DNA of 63,466 nucleotides. Source: Octopus bimaculoides (taxonomy: Eukaryota). Of the stretch, positions 13,861-26,030 are shown piece by piece. The position numbers and the translations under genes are program-made. Location: assembly GCF_001194135.2 (NCBI RefSeq), contig NC_068983.1, positions 136,593,012-136,656,477 of the forward strand. The letters run 5' to 3'. How positions within the stretch are numbered: position 1 is the stretch's first letter; every line of letters starts with the position of its first letter. The notes under the pieces are model-generated. The model saw only the letters and a program-made list of their open reading frames with translations. It had not been told where the DNA came from and ran no database searches.

Positions 13861-14924
13861 TTTAGTTTGGTATAATAGCCTCTGGTTAATTATCTTTGTT
13901 CACAGTATCTTTGTATGTTATATTTTCATACATACATCCATACATATATGTCTGTGTGTGAGTTTCCCAATTATCATTGCCAAGCAGGGGATTGTATGCA
14001 CACAATTGATAGCAAGTTAGATTAAATGTATATAATATTCAGTTTGGTACATATTGGTACTTGACAGTTGTTTTATGGCAATATTTTGAAACTCAAATTT
14101 TGCCTGATCAAAAGAAATATTTTATTGATTTCCAAATTGATTATACAGGTCTCAGTGAGTTACATCAAGTGCAACTTTTGGTGATGGAAAGAAATAGTAT
14201 AAATTTTTATCGGTTTTAAAGCATAATATTCTAAAATAATTTAGTGTGTTACAGTTTGTGTAAAATATTTTCAAAATTTTTGTGTGATTTTCCTGTCAGG
14301 CATATTTCTAGGAGTACTAACAAGATATGGAAGTTGAATTATGAAATAAAGACAACAAAACCTAGGAGTGTCTGGTTATAGATGCCAACAGTGAAAATGT
14401 TAAGTTTTAGTAGCAACAGTACCAACACTAGCACTACTAACACCATTGTCAAAAACTGTGGCAGTAGCAATGTTTGCATTAATAGCAGTATCAACTATGT
14501 GAAGAACAGCATAGATAATAACAATAGTGGAAATAAAATAATGAATGGATGTAACAGCAACAATAATAAAACTAAAACTAACAAGAATAGCATTTGAAAC
14601 TAATTTTCTCAGTTAGTAATCAGTAAACTGAAACAGATCTAAGTTTGATGTTAACAAAGGGCAAAGTGTTTGCTTCTTGTCTATGCACATCACAAGCTTT
14701 GTGATCTAAATTGGTATAGGGTTTTTATGTAGGTATTATATTTTGGGAGGTAGAATGTATTTGTATCTTGACAATACTACAGGAGCAGATAATGAACTCA
14801 AATGAAGAGTTGACTGAGACTATTACCAACAAAAGGTAAGTTGTATGTCAAGAGGAATACTTATACAGAAATTAGCAGCCTAAAATTACTGTTATTGTTT
14901 AGCTCCAAGTCAACCTTGATCACT

Positions 14925-15240
14925 GTACTCCTTGCCAACCCTCACCTTTCTGACAGCATCCCTGTACATGGCTTGTACAGCTCTCACTAACCACTCATCT
15001 ATTCCTAGTTTCCACATTGACCACTAGATAAGGGATCAGGAGACCCTGTCAAAGGCTTTCTCCATGTCAGTGAAAGCCAGGTACAGAGGTTTATCTTTGG
15101 CTAGGTATTTCTCCTGCAGTTGTCTTACCAGAAATATAGCATCAGTGGTGCTTTTCCTTGGCACAAACCCAAACTGCATCTCGTCTAGACTGACTCTCTC
15201 CCTAATTAGTTAGGCTATGATCCTCTCCATGACTTTACTT
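14925..15240 (-). mobile_element. RTE reverse-transcriptase fragment
   Basis: KVMERII..QFGFVPRKSTTDAIFLVRQLQEKY..YLAFTDMEKAFDRV, with in-frame stops. Confidence 0.9.
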
Positions 15241-15704
15241 TTTCATTTATCTGAACCAGATGCTAAATTTAAAATGTACAAGTTTTCATTAAGAAAAAAA
15301 TTGTGATAGAACTGCAAAATTCATGTACCAATATATCGTATAAAGCATTCCTCAATGAAGACATAGACATCATAATTTCAACTAATATAACACAGAAATA
15401 ACGTTTAAAACTGACATGAAATATAGCTTTCAGTGTACATGAAATATGTAAACTTGATTTTTAAAGATTCAAAAAACAACATTGGAGAAACTTATACCAC
15501 ATTTCCAATGAGATAACTATGTTTCTCCAGCAAAGCATCATTGCAGTACCGAGAATAACAGAAAATATTTTAGATGTTTAGGAGTTATATATGTTTGGAC
15601 AGGGACTTGGTTATATGTTGAAACATAGATGTTATGTGTTGAAACAGAAACAGTCATAGCATAACTGTACTCTGTACTACAATGCCAATGATATTGCAAC
15701 TCTC

Positions 15705-15945
15705 TCTTAATCCTTTTTGCCCCTTGTGGAGCATAGGGCCTCAACAGTTATTTTCCACTTTTTGTGGTCATTGGCGTGTTTCTTGGCTGCTTCCCATGTC
15801 CTGAGCTCGTCCAAAATGCTCCGCTTCCATGTCTGCTTCAGGTGTCCTCGCTTCCTTTTCTCCTGCAGGTTCCAGTCAAGTGCTTGTCATGGCTCATTTG
15901 AGGGTTCTTTCTGCAGTGTGTGCCCGATCCATCTCCATTTCCTAT
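15705..15945 (-). mobile_element. 3' end of a second RTE family
   Basis: RKWRWIGHTLQK..ALDWNLQEKRKRG..QTWKRS..VEALCSTRG, then a taagag tail. Confidence 0.8.
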
Positions 15946-16586
15946 AAAATGTGAGAATATGTAATACCATCAACACAATGTTATGTCTTATAATAGATGA
16001 TAATATCTCAATGCACTATAAATTTTGAAGAAGGCAAAAAAGATACATCAAGGATAGATTAAAACATTTCCATTAATTCCATTTCAACAATCCCTACCCT
16101 CTAATACAAATCAGGATACAGAAAGTGCAGATAAACAGAGGATGAGGCTGAATATTGAGATGATCAGGTTATGTGGACTTCAAACATTGATAAAATGTAT
16201 CAGTAAAAACTTACAGAAAAGCTTTCAATAACAACTTCAAAATTAATAAGTAAATACAAAAAATATAGAAGCATGATGAATCAGATGCTGTTTTAATCAA
16301 ACATATACAAAATAAATGGATGCATTTATACATTTGTGTGTGTGTGTACATCTTTTAAATACACTGCATTACTGAGCTTATGCATAGATATTCATATACA
16401 TGCACATACATATAAAAATTTTGTATATATAGATTTAATCACATGCATCAAATTGCATAAATACTCGTAATATATATGTGTAAATTTGCATTGTGAGTAT
16501 GTAATTTGTGTATATGTGTGTATGTGTGTGTCTGCACATATAAAATGCACAAAAACATATGTATGCATAATATATATGTTATATAA

Positions 16587-16808
16587 TATCATCATCATCA
16601 TCATCATTTAACGTCCGCCTTCCATGCCAGCATGGGTTGGACAATTTGACTGAGGACTGGTGAACCAGATGGCTGCACCAGGCTCCAATCTGATCTGGCA
16701 NNNNNNNNNNCACCAGGCTCCAATCTGATCTGGCAGAGTTTCTACAGCTGGATGCCCTTCCTAATGCCAACCACTCCAAGAGTGTAGTGGGTGGTTTTTA
16801 CGTGCCAC
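16587..16808 (-). mobile_element. RTE 3' UTR/tail copy spanning a 10-N gap
   Basis: (CAT)n-ttaacgtccg..ccatgccagcatgggttggac. Confidence 0.85.
16701..16710. other. Assembly gap (10 N) with duplicated flanks
   Basis: caccaggctccaatctgatctggca occurs on both sides. Confidence 0.95.
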
Positions 16809-16811
16809 AAT

Positions 16812-17094
16812 TTTTTGTGTGTTTCTGAATGGCTAACATGTGTCTTCCAAACTGCATTCATTTTAGTTTCAACAAACAATCTCAGATCAAAACATTTACC
16901 ATGCAAGTACTCCTCCATCATCATCATCATCATCATCATCATAGTTGGACAACAAACGTTAAATGATGATGATGATGATGATGATGACGATGGAAGTGTA
17001 CTTGCATGGTAAATGTTTTGATCTGAGATTGTTTGTTGAAACTAAAATGATTGCAGCTTGGAAGACACATGTCAGCCATTCAGAAACACAAAAA
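16812..17094. repeat. Long inverted repeat, arms about 130 nt, loop about 20 nt
   Basis: 16812-16942 is the reverse complement of 16963-17094 with a few mismatches. Confidence 0.85.
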
Positions 17095-17793
17095 CTGTTA
17101 ACTTCACTTAAGCATTTATTGCTAACACACATTTGTCAGTGACTGAGTTGCAGTTTCAAGCAATGAAAATTTTGACACCATATTACAAACAATAAATGTT
17201 TAAATGAAGTCAGCAATCTTCTACTCTGCAACCATGTATGTATGTATATAGGTAGGTTGCTAGATAAGAGACAAAAAAAGATATTCTATGCTTATCTTAC
17301 ATATGTATATTAATAATCCATACTTATATATATGAAAATTATTCATTTATGCTTATTTCATACATGTATGTTACATATATTTGCTTTTTTGTATGTATAA
17401 TATATGTATACTTACTTTATCTATTTAGTACAGAAAATGATACAATGGCAAAATAGAAGCTGACCGTTATTCGGTTACCATGTCAACATTTTATAACTGA
17501 AACAATGTACATCTTGTTGCAAATATTAAAGCATGCCTCCGCATTGTACTTTAACAGGAATAGAACCGAAACTCTGTATTGATACTAAAGAATATCAGTA
17601 TTGTATCTCAGGGAAGAGGCTATTTCCATTGTCATTTCTTATTGTCAATTTGAGGAAGATTATAAGGATTGATGATTGACATGTTGAATGAAATTGTTCA
17701 ATTATGCTGCTTATCTTCAGCATTGATCTGTAGGAAATCTCAAAACACAGGAGAGAAATAACACCAATAGCTAATTGTACAATACATATACAT

Positions 17794-17826
<33 letters not shown>

Positions 17827-18280
17827 CATACATACCTACATACACTTGATGTATTTGATGCTTATTTTAGTGTGAGCTCTATATTATCATACCTAGCCAT
17901 TTCTAGCATCCTACAAGTTGATGCACCTTGATTCTTATGACACCATATAATAAAATCATATATATATATGTGTGTGTAATTGTGCTTTTATTCACACACA
18001 CAAAATATATTTTGTCCAGAAGTGTTCATTAAACGTGTGGAAGCTATTGTAAAATTTAGTATTGATAGGAGTTTAGTGCACATGACTTCCCTGCAACATT
18101 GGCTGAATGTCATCAGTAAAAGGATTTTTACTTCAATCCTGCTGCCTGTTGAGATTTTCCTGTAGAATTTCTCACTTCAGTAATTTTCATTTGCTACTAA
18201 AGTTACTCAACTCTTATTAGCTTTTCTCACTTCTACGTCTAGCAAACTTGTTATTCTCTTCAATATCATATATTTGTATG

Positions 18281-18329
<49 letters not shown>

Positions 18330-18452
18330 NNNNNNNNNNNNNNNNNNNNNNNNNNNNNNNNNNNNNNNNNNNNNNNNNNNNNNNNNNNNNNNNNNNNNNN
18401 NNNNNNNNNNNNNNNNNNNNNNNNNNNNNNNNNNNNNNNNNNNNNNNNNNNN
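18330..18452. other. Assembly gap after (TA)n
   Basis: Run of N. Confidence 0.99.
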
Positions 18453-18685
18453 ATAAAAGACACCATTTCGAGCGTGGCCGTTTTCGTGCGGGTGACACGT
18501 AAAAGCACCCACTACACTCTCTGAGTGGTTGGCGTTAGGAAGGGCATCCAGCTGTAGAAATTCTGCCAAATCAGACTGGAGCCTGGTGTTGCCATCCGGT
18601 TTCACCAGTCCTCAGTCAAATCGTCCAACCCATGCTAGCATGGAAAGCGGACGTTAAACGATGATGATGATGATGATGATGATAT
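18453..18685 (+). mobile_element. Young RTE 3' UTR/tail copy
   Basis: Near-identical to the reverse complement of 63231-63466; (GAT)n tail. Confidence 0.85.
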
Positions 18686-20956
18686 ATATATATATATATA
18701 TACAGTGTGTGAATGAATGAATCCATGTACATACACAAAGAGAGGGAGGAGCAATAGTTGCTGCATACATCATCATTATCAATAAAATGTTTTCCTATAT
18801 CATTTAGTTTCCCTGGCTATTTTTATTTTACATTTTTATTTATTTATTTTTAAAGAATTAATATGTTCGTTTAGTATTCTAAAAAGAGGATTGTTCTGTA
18901 AGTTACAGCTAGCCAAGTCAGTAGGATATATCATTCTACTGACTTGAAGTATCAAAAATTCATCTTTTAAGACATTTAACATTTGCATATGTAATCAATT
19001 AGTTAAAAAACTTTGTTCAACTGATATTATCCATACACTTACTTGACAAAAACGTCTTTCTAAAAGCAATTTTAAATTTTACCAACTAAATCCACTTTGC
19101 TGTGAAAAGTAATCATTGTAAAGCACTTACAGTTAGTCATTGTAAGCAATGTTAAAGTAGATTTTTATGATTTATTAGCACTTCATTAGCATACAATAAA
19201 TAAAGGTAAAAAAATGAATTGGTAAATAAAATATCAAATTACCTACTCATATGTTTTAAGTTTATATCTGCTGCTGGCATTTTGTTGTATTTTGGGGCAA
19301 AACACATGATTTAACAATGCCACATTTCAACTAGCTTCTCAGAATAGGTGCCAGATCATTTCAGAATAGTAATTGTTACAATAGACTGGCATCTTATCCA
19401 TGAGGCAAGATTTTACTCTTTATCACTTCATTCCAAGAAACTGGAGCTAAGCACCTGCTGTCCAAATCCAATCAGGGCTTATGCACATATACATTTGTGG
19501 ATTGAAAATCTTCTTTTATGCAGAAGAGACAGATACCAACCAACAGTAATATTGTTATCTAACAATATTAAAAAAAAAAATAGAAAAGAACTGGCACTCT
19601 AGTACATGTTGATTGAGTTATGACATCATGCAGATCAATATCTAATAAAGGCTTTGTATAAATGATGTGGACATTTTATATCTAATTTGAAACTTGTATA
19701 TCTTATATGACTTCTATTTCTCTCTCTTCTTCATTCCTTCTGACTTTCTTTCTACTCTATCTGCTCACACATATATACATATACATGTGTGTGTTCAGCA
19801 GAATTGAACAGGGAAGCATGCTGAACACATCTGTATGTCTATAAATTTTTAATGAGTTATTACCAGTATATTATAAGTTTTGCAAATTACTAATTTCATC
19901 TCTTATATTTTCATCTGTTCAGTATTTTAATTTGTGCATAATCCAATTATACTAAGCTGATATTATTTCCATATATATTGAGCAGTGTATATGTTATTGG
20001 ACTGCAAGATCAAAGATCTGGTGGTCAAGTCCATTGCAAGTGCTTTGTTGTGATTGTAGTTTTTGTTTAAATCCTAGTGAACTCTGATTAAGCAGACATA
20101 TGACCAAACGTATCCCAGCCATAACCATCCTGTTTTTTTTTTAGGGTTTTGTAAGATTACATTAGCTAATGTATCTTTTCTTCATTTATTAAATGGTAGG
20201 AGGTAATTTAAAGGAGATTTGGTTACTGTTGTAGCAAGTTGAATAACACTGCAGAGGTTCTCTCATTAGTTCCTGCAGTTATTTTGTTATATATTTAAGC
20301 AGTACACTTAATTTTCCAAGCTTAAGTTTCACTGAGCTATATCATACTATACCATCTTAGACTATTGCCTCCAATATACCAACATACTACCCATGCAAAA
20401 ATTTGTTTCTCATCGACTTCACATTTTGAAACCAGAACTTGCTGGAGGTTAAGTAGACATTTCCTTTTTGATTTACATAACCTTGGACCTAGATTGACCT
20501 CATCACCTTTATGAATAACACAGGATTTTAATGCATAATTAACTATGATACAGAATATGTATGCATATTTAGAAATATACTTCCTGGACTACAAGGAGTT
20601 ATAGGATTGGTGCTCAACTCCAGTTTCTGCTTATGGATGACAAATAATTCTCTTTTCTGTGGCATACTAGCCTACTATAGGTAGCTTCCCATGGAAGTAA
20701 TTATACTCAGTAATTCATACCAATGAGTTACAATTCTCACAGTAGCCACTCAGTGAACCTAGACATTGACAGTTAAATATCTTGGCTAGAGATACAAAAT
20801 AGCACTGATGACACAACAGAGACCATTGGTTGTCTGGTCCATGTTTTCATTTAAATATTTGTAACTGGAAAACTATCAGAAAATAGATGAACTGAAACAG
20901 TGTGCAAATTAAGACACAGAATATGTTGCTGTTTTTATTCTTGAAACCCATCCTGT

Positions 20957-20998
<42 letters not shown>

Positions 20999-21116
20999 AT
21001 GTGTGTGTGCGTATGCATACATGTGTGGGTGGGTGTTTAAGATATTGTCTTTTCTTAAAAGTATATTGCTTGTTTTTCCTGACTAAGTTGCTGTTTTTTT
21101 TTTCTTATATTTATAG

Positions 21117-21223
21117 TGTTATTAGCACTGTACTTTCTTTTTTGAATAATGATGGCTTTGACGTTAAAGCCTTGCGAGCGTTCCGAGTGCTGAGGCCTTT
21201 ACGACTGGTGTCACGTGCACCAA
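21117..21223 (+). CDS. Cav1: Cav1 exon, IS3 end-IS4 voltage sensor ([35 protein letters not shown])
   Basis: tttatag acceptor, gtaagt donor, 107 nt, phase 2 to 1, S4 motif [14 protein letters not shown]. Confidence 0.95.
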
Positions 21224-22316
21224 GTAAGTAACTTACAGTTTCTTCATTCAAGTGTTTTGTACTTCATCCATTTCAAGATGAGTATCATAAAAATGCTTTA
21301 TATAGTTTGTTTTGAAATTTTATGATTTCTTTAACTTTGAGATCTTATTTAATTAATCTTAAAAAATATTATTTTATATGAGACAGTGGATGGCTGAACC
21401 TATAGCTTCCAGGACAACCAGTCAAAAGGTTGGTGATTTGTTACTTGTCACTGCCTGCCACTGCATTGTACCTAATATACTTAACTCTGTGACCCAGTTT
21501 ACCTTGTGCTAAGCAGGTACTATAGAGTGGAAAACAATGTGTTGTAAACAACAACTCTAATGTTAAATTGATGGATATTTTATTGGTTGTTGTGCTGGAT
21601 TCAGTTCCTTCTGCAGTCCAAGAGAAAACAAGTATAAGCCACATTATTGTATTCCTCATTTGAATTATTACATGAAGTCTAGATCTTCAATGATTCTGTT
21701 GGTAAATTGGTCTAACTCTGGTGCCCTTAGATTGTATATTGAATATTGTCACTGTTTCTATAATTCTCATATTGATGTCTTTTGACAGGGTACAATCCTT
21801 GTTATAGGTGAAAGAATATAGGTTATAGAATATTATTGGTGCTTATTTTATCAACCCTAAAAGTATGAGAATTAATCTTGGCAGTATTTTAACTCAAAAC
21901 TATGAGATGTCAATGGAATGCAATTGGGTATCCAGACTTTTGTTTTATTGACTTGGTCATTTCTACAGCTCTTTTCTATTCAATATTAAGTGAATATAGG
22001 GTACTGGAGATATACAAGAGTGCAGAATATGGAATTGAATGTGCTTTACAATATTTGTTTTTGTGGCTGAAGGTTTGGGGCTCAGTATATAGTATCAGAC
22101 TTACTTTTCATTTTCACATTTATAATATAAGCAACAGTAGCATACCTAAATCAATTCTGTTAATTATCTAGCTTCCCTTAAAACGAAAATAGTTGATGTA
22201 CCTAACCAAAATAAATCAATAAGTATAAAAATGGTGAACGAAACACTAGTTGCTATGCAATATTGAGTAAAATATTATATATTGTTTATTTCTATATTGA
22301 CATTTCTGTTTTGCAG

Positions 22317-22469
22317 GTTTACAAGTAGTTTTGAACTCCATTCTTCGAGCAATGGTGCCTTTGTTACATATTGCATTACTGGTTATATTTGTCATTATCA
22401 TCTATGCTATTGTTGGCTTAGAGCTGTTCTCAGGGAAAATGCACAAGACATGTTTTATTAAAAATACAG
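22317..22469 (+). CDS. Cav1: Cav1 exon, IS4-S5 linker and IS5 ([22 protein letters not shown]...[12 protein letters not shown])
   Basis: ttgcag acceptor, gtgaga donor, 153 nt, phase 1 to 1. Confidence 0.96.
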
Positions 22470-22619
22470 GTGAGATAGACCTATATATTTGTTTCTTTAT
22501 GTGTGAATGTAGAGATAAGATCCATATATATATGAATCAAGAGGGTTCCAGGCAACCAACTGGCAACAGAGACTCTTTCTCTGGGTGAACGGTAGATTGT
22601 ATATTTTTTGTGTATGAAA

Positions 22620-22830
22620 TGTGATGCTGCATGGTAGCAAAACATGAGTACTAAATGCAGAGGATATGAACAGGCTGGAAAGAAATGAAGTGTGCATACT
22701 CTGCTTGATATATAATATTAGTGTGCATGAACAACAGAACAGAAAAGAGTTGGGTGAAAAACTAAGTATAAGAGGAATCAAGTGTAGTGTGCAAGAGAGT
22801 GAAAGGAACCTGGAGAAAAGGAAGGCATGG
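22620..22830 (+). mobile_element. Old RTE ORF C-terminal remnant
   Basis: MNRLERNE..ISVHEQQ..ELGEKLSIRGIKC, homologous to 43790-43930. Confidence 0.6.
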
Positions 22831-23704
22831 AAAGAAGTGGTGAAAGTTATCATGAGTCTGAACCCCATGAAGAAACCAAAGAACTGCAACAAGTGACATA
22901 ATATGATAGTGGCTATGGTGATGTTCGTAGTGGTGACGGTGGCAGCAGAGGCGGTGGTGGTGGTGATTCTTTATTAACTTTTGTTATTTCAAGGTCTTCT
23001 ACCTAATAAGGAATTATTGTTATTGCAGTTTTGTGTATCAATATAATATAAGGTTATAAGATGCTTTCTATATTTGCCTTAATATATATCATATAATGAA
23101 GAAACACCCTAACTTAATTATCACTAAGTCATAAATGCCTTTTATCTCTTCATGTCTTCACATATCATATTATCATAGCATTATAAAAATTAGCAAAATT
23201 CTCTCTCTAGATTTCAATATTATAATTTTATCAATTGAAAGATTCTGTTTTCATAAATTATTTTTATTTTGTAACATATTTTAACTTTGTTTTGGAAAAG
23301 AAAAAAACTGGAGGCATTTGAAATTTTAATGCAACAACAATATAAATTGAATAAAATACTCACAATCTTCACATTTGTAGTTTATGTGTGTATGTGCCTA
23401 TTGTTATATATTTCTGAGCATGTTTCTAGCCTATGGGTTATGTGTGTGCATGTGCACATACTTACATGTATATCCAGGTATGTTCCATACAGAATCTGCC
23501 AGCCAAAGTGCTACAGAAAAGGTTCTAAACTAGGATCAATATTTCAATTGTTCGAGGAGTTCTTACCTCTGTTTGTTACAAAAGTTCTTCTCTCTGTTTA
23601 AAATATATGTATTGAAGACCAAATACATTTGAAGAATAGAGCAGATTGAAATTAGTATGATGTACAGGACATGTAGTATTCACTTGCATTACAAGTAGAG
23701 AAGG

Positions 23705-23935
23705 TTGGGTGAACCTAGCTTAGTGGTTAGGATTTTGGACTCATGATTGTAAGATTGTAATTTCAGTTCCTGTACCAGGTAATGTGTTGTGTTCTGGAAC
23801 AAAACACTTCATTTCACATTGCTGCAGTCCATTCAGCCAGTAAAAATGAGTAATCCAGTAACAGGCTAGCATCCCATCCAGGAAAAATGTATATGCCAGA
23901 GAAACTAGGAAAGTGGCCCTATGATCCTTATGGAG
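23705..23935 (+). mobile_element. Degenerate tRNA-derived SINE
   Basis: A-box-like tagcttagtggttagg, decayed B box, SINE-like body (aaaacacttcatttcacattgctgcagtcca..aaaatgagta). Confidence 0.4.
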
Positions 23936-24295
23936 TAATGTGGACTGGGAAGGGAGAAGGTATCTGTGCAATAAAGTTAGCAACCTGTGTGCACATGAGA
24001 TAGTTAAACTGTATGGAAAAATTATACAAATAGTCAATGAGTGCTGGGTGATAAAGTGTCATGTCATGTGGGAGGTACTTAGTAGAAACAAACCAAGAAA
24101 GATTCAAGAAGTGATGAATTCAGATCTCACGATGTTTAGTCTTACAGACAATGTGATGTAGAATGAATAGAGATGGTGTTATGCTATAATGTAACCTATC
24201 TGTCATCCATTCTATATGAGGGTGGAGAAATAGGCAATGAAAGAATGATGATGGCAATGTACAAACATTATTTCCATCTTTGCTTCTAAATATTT

Positions 24296-24725
24296 CATAT
24301 ACATTATTTACATTTGACGAATATTTGTCCTCATCTACTCCAATTATGAAGAAAAGAGAGGATGCAACCAATAAACTGTCTACAGTCTGTCTATCCTATG
24401 TGAAAGGCCTCTCCGAAAAGATACAAAAGATATACAGCCCATGTGACATTAGGACAGTATTCAAGAGTAATACAACACTTCGCAAATATCTCCTTCGGGT
24501 AAAACCATCAATAGAAGAGAATATGACCAAAGATTACATGTACTCCATCCCATGCAGCTGTGGTAGGTTATACAAAGGCAAAACATGCCACCTCTCAAAA
24601 TAAGGGTAGAAGAATATCGCAAAGCTGTGACACAAGGAGATATTGATAAATCAGGTATAGCTGATCATGTGTTACCAACAAACAAGATGAGGACAAATAT
24701 CCGTCAAATGTACATAATTTCTCAT
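24296..24725 (+). mobile_element. Penelope-like element fragment: GIY-YIG endonuclease flanked by inverted terminal-repeat pieces
   Basis: LSYVKGLSEKIQK..IRTVFKSNTTLRKYL..YSIPCSCGRLYKGKT..SGIADHV; tail gatgaggacaaatat.cgtcaaatgta inverted at 24296-24340 and direct at 24680-24720. Confidence 0.85.
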
Positions 24726-25429
24726 CTTTTAAATATAGAACTGTATTTCATATACAGTTTGAAATTATAGTGTGTGTGGGGAGGGGTGCTAATGAATTCA
24801 GTGTATATTGGTGAATACGATACTAAAAAGATGTGCTTAATACAAGTGGTATAATGATATGAATAATGAAATAGGATAGTATAAAATTAATCACTTACAC
24901 AGTCTAAAGTATTGCATTTTAATACATCAAGCATTAGTGAAAAGACTTTCAACTGCTTTATAGTCACAAAATAGTTGAAAATATTTTGATTCATTGTGAA
25001 AGGTTTCATTGAGATGTAAAGTGATTTCATAGGTTGTAATTAACCTCATTTAGAAAGGATAGTAAAGATATGAGATGCTGAGTGCTTCATGCTGAGTGTA
25101 TGGAGTGAGAGAATGAGTAGTGGGAATGGAAGTTAAGGGAAGGTTTTTTTTTTGTTTTTTTTTGTGGAGGTCAGGAGCAGTTGGGTGAATTCTTAAATTT
25201 CTAGGGGTATGTGTGTGTAGTGTTCATTGTGGTGACAGTTTATGAGTGAAGGGATGTTACTCTTACAGTTAAATTTTCTTGCGGATGTTAAGTGTTGTGG
25301 AAATGGGCCTATTATGAGCAATTGAATAGTTAACTGTGTAGGCTTTTGTAGTTATTCAGTAAATGGAATACATAAGTAGAGAAAGGTATGAGTTTTGTAT
25401 TACAGTTCACAAAGGCCACTGCTACAATG

Positions 25430-26030
25430 ACACTGGCGAAAGTGAGATCGTAGCTGTAGCCTATGTCAATGTCGCATAACTGGCCCATTTAAGAGTACCC
25501 TTTAATTGTCAGGCAATACGCTGTGCTTGGGAAGACTTGTTGAGTCAAGTAAAATCATTGTTGTGGCCGATGCCAGTACCGCCTCACTGGCAGCCATGCC
25601 GGTAGCACATTAAAAGCACCATTCAAGCGTGGTTGATGTCAGTACCACCGAACTGGCTCCCGTGCCAATGGCACATAAAAAGCACCATTCAAGTGTGGTC
25701 GACGCTAGTGCCACCTGACTGGCTCCCATACTTGTGGCACATATAAAACACCATTCAAGCGTAGGCAATGCCAGAGCCACCTGACTGATTCCTATGCCAG
25801 TGGCTCATAAAAAGCACCATTCAAGCATGGTTGATGCCTGTACCACCTGACTGGGCCCCGTGCCAGTGGCACGTAAAAAGTACCCACTACACTCAGAGTG
25901 GTTGGCATTAGGAAGGGCATCCAGCTGTAGAAACCTTGCCAGATCAGATTGGAGCCTGGTGCTTACCAGTCCTCAATCAAACCGTCCAACCCATACCAGC
26001 ATAGAAAGCAGACGTTAAATGATGATGATG
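25430..26030 (+). mobile_element. RTE 3' UTR copy containing a five-unit 66-nt minisatellite (25569 to about 25885)
   Basis: caccattcaag at 25617, 25683, 25749 and 25815; standard tail at 25985-26030. Confidence 0.85.

Noticed and set aside
14382-14597. Asn/Ser/Thr-rich ORF, and similar ORF-track entries over (TG)n, (TA)n, (CAT)n and N runs
   Set aside because: These are translations of simple repeats or gaps, with no splice support.
20995-21001. TGCATG RBFOX-type motifs near exons (also about 54306)
   Set aside because: They are embedded in TG/CA microsatellite-like sequence where the hexamer arises often, and the adjacent exons appear constitutive.
25569-25885. CRISPR-like array (conserved block with regular spacing)
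   Set aside because: The spacers are homologous to each other, the array is internal to an RTE 3' UTR seen in several copies, the context is eukaryotic, and there are no cas genes.
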